Source: Felis catus (taxonomy: Eukaryota). From it: a stretch of 64,000 nucleotides of DNA. The stretch spans positions 195,674,001-195,738,000 of the forward strand of contig NC_058368.1 of assembly GCF_018350175.1 (NCBI RefSeq), given 5' to 3'. This document shows, piece by piece, positions 63,101-64,000 of this stretch. A model generated the notes under the pieces. That model saw only the letters and a program-made list of their open reading frames with translations, was not told where the DNA came from and ran no database searches. The translations under genes were made by a program, and so were the position numbers. Each line of letters opens with the position of its first letter. Positions within the stretch are counted from its first letter, which is position 1.

Positions 63101-64000
63101 AGAAGTGGGATTTATGGATTGAGTCATGAGGAAGTTTGGGGTTGATATTGGAGGGGCGGTCAGCAATTGGAGGTCTATGGAGTCTGATGGGAAGTCTGTG
63201 GGATGAGTGTTGGGTACATGTAGAGGTCAGTAACAAGGAGAGCTGTCTGATCTGTGGGTCAGGGATGGCAGGTCTGTGCGCTGTTGGAGTATTCATATGA
63301 CCAGTGATTTGTGAACCTATATGGCTAGTCTTGTGTTGGGGGTTTGTTGGAAGTGCTCTTTGGGATTTGTGATTTCTGCCCCTGCTTGATTCAGTGATTT
63401 GTAGGAGTCATTAATTCAGCCAGTGGCTGATAAAGGTCCGTCCTGGTTTAGTGAGAAAACTTTACAATTTATGTAAAGTCCGAGGTGGCCCCCACCTTGA
63501 AGCCCCTCCTCAGATGTTTCCTCAAATCACCATCTCCCTCCATCGCTCAAAAGCTCACAGAAGAAAACATCCTTTGAATGTAAGACCAAACAAATCTAAA
63601 GCAATAACATTATTATTGTCGATTCTCTCTAGCCAAAGAGCTCCAGGAACACCCTGTAGTTGAACAGATTGGGTTTATTGCTCTAGCATCTAGTTACACC
63701 ATGGGGAAAGTGGGGGCTTCTCAGAAAGAGCGTGTTAGAAAGAACTTACAGGATTTGTGTTAGGTGATTTCGAGGAGGGCCTAAGGGAGTGGACCTTGCT
63801 CTGAATTGGATGTTGTAAGGAAGTGGATGTTGTTTGGGAATTTCAGTACATCTGGAGAGAGGAAAGACTAACCTAAAGTTAAAGCTGTAATAGGTGAGGA
63901 AGTAGCAGTCACTCATGTTAACCAGGAGAGAGGGCGTTTTGTGGATTGGACAATGTGGATGTTTTGTCTGTGTTCAGACATGACTTCAGAGAGGGCTTGT

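Overview
Mammalian genomic DNA, almost certainly felid: it is dense in tRNA-derived Can-SINEs of the cat type and carnivore L1 3' ends. I reconstructed three spliced genes by hand. (1) The last nine coding exons and 3' UTR of TNIP1/ABIN-1 on + (713-11830), including the UBAN exon and one non-canonical GC-AG intron. (2) A complete, convergent GPX3 on - (CDS 21625 to 13974, 5 exons, 226 aa) with an in-frame UGA read as Sec73 and a type-II SECIS at about 13283-13326. The ORF track misses this gene as a unit. (3) An intact KRAB-A/B + 8xC2H2 zinc-finger gene on - (CDS 49124 to 43480, 4 coding exons, 388 aa) with its own CpG-island promoter at about 51 kb. It is ZNF300-like but apparently not ZNF300 itself, and it is the best candidate here for an uncharacterised gene. 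A second CpG-island promoter at about 62.8-63.1 kb (YY1/ETS/NRF1/GC-box motifs, with kB-like sites upstream) probably belongs to a gene outside the window. The rest is mostly SINE, L1, LTR and DNA-transposon sequence, with nested insertions, re-used target sites and microsatellites. I found no wholly new biological system. Repeat subfamily names and human comparisons are from recall and need database confirmation.
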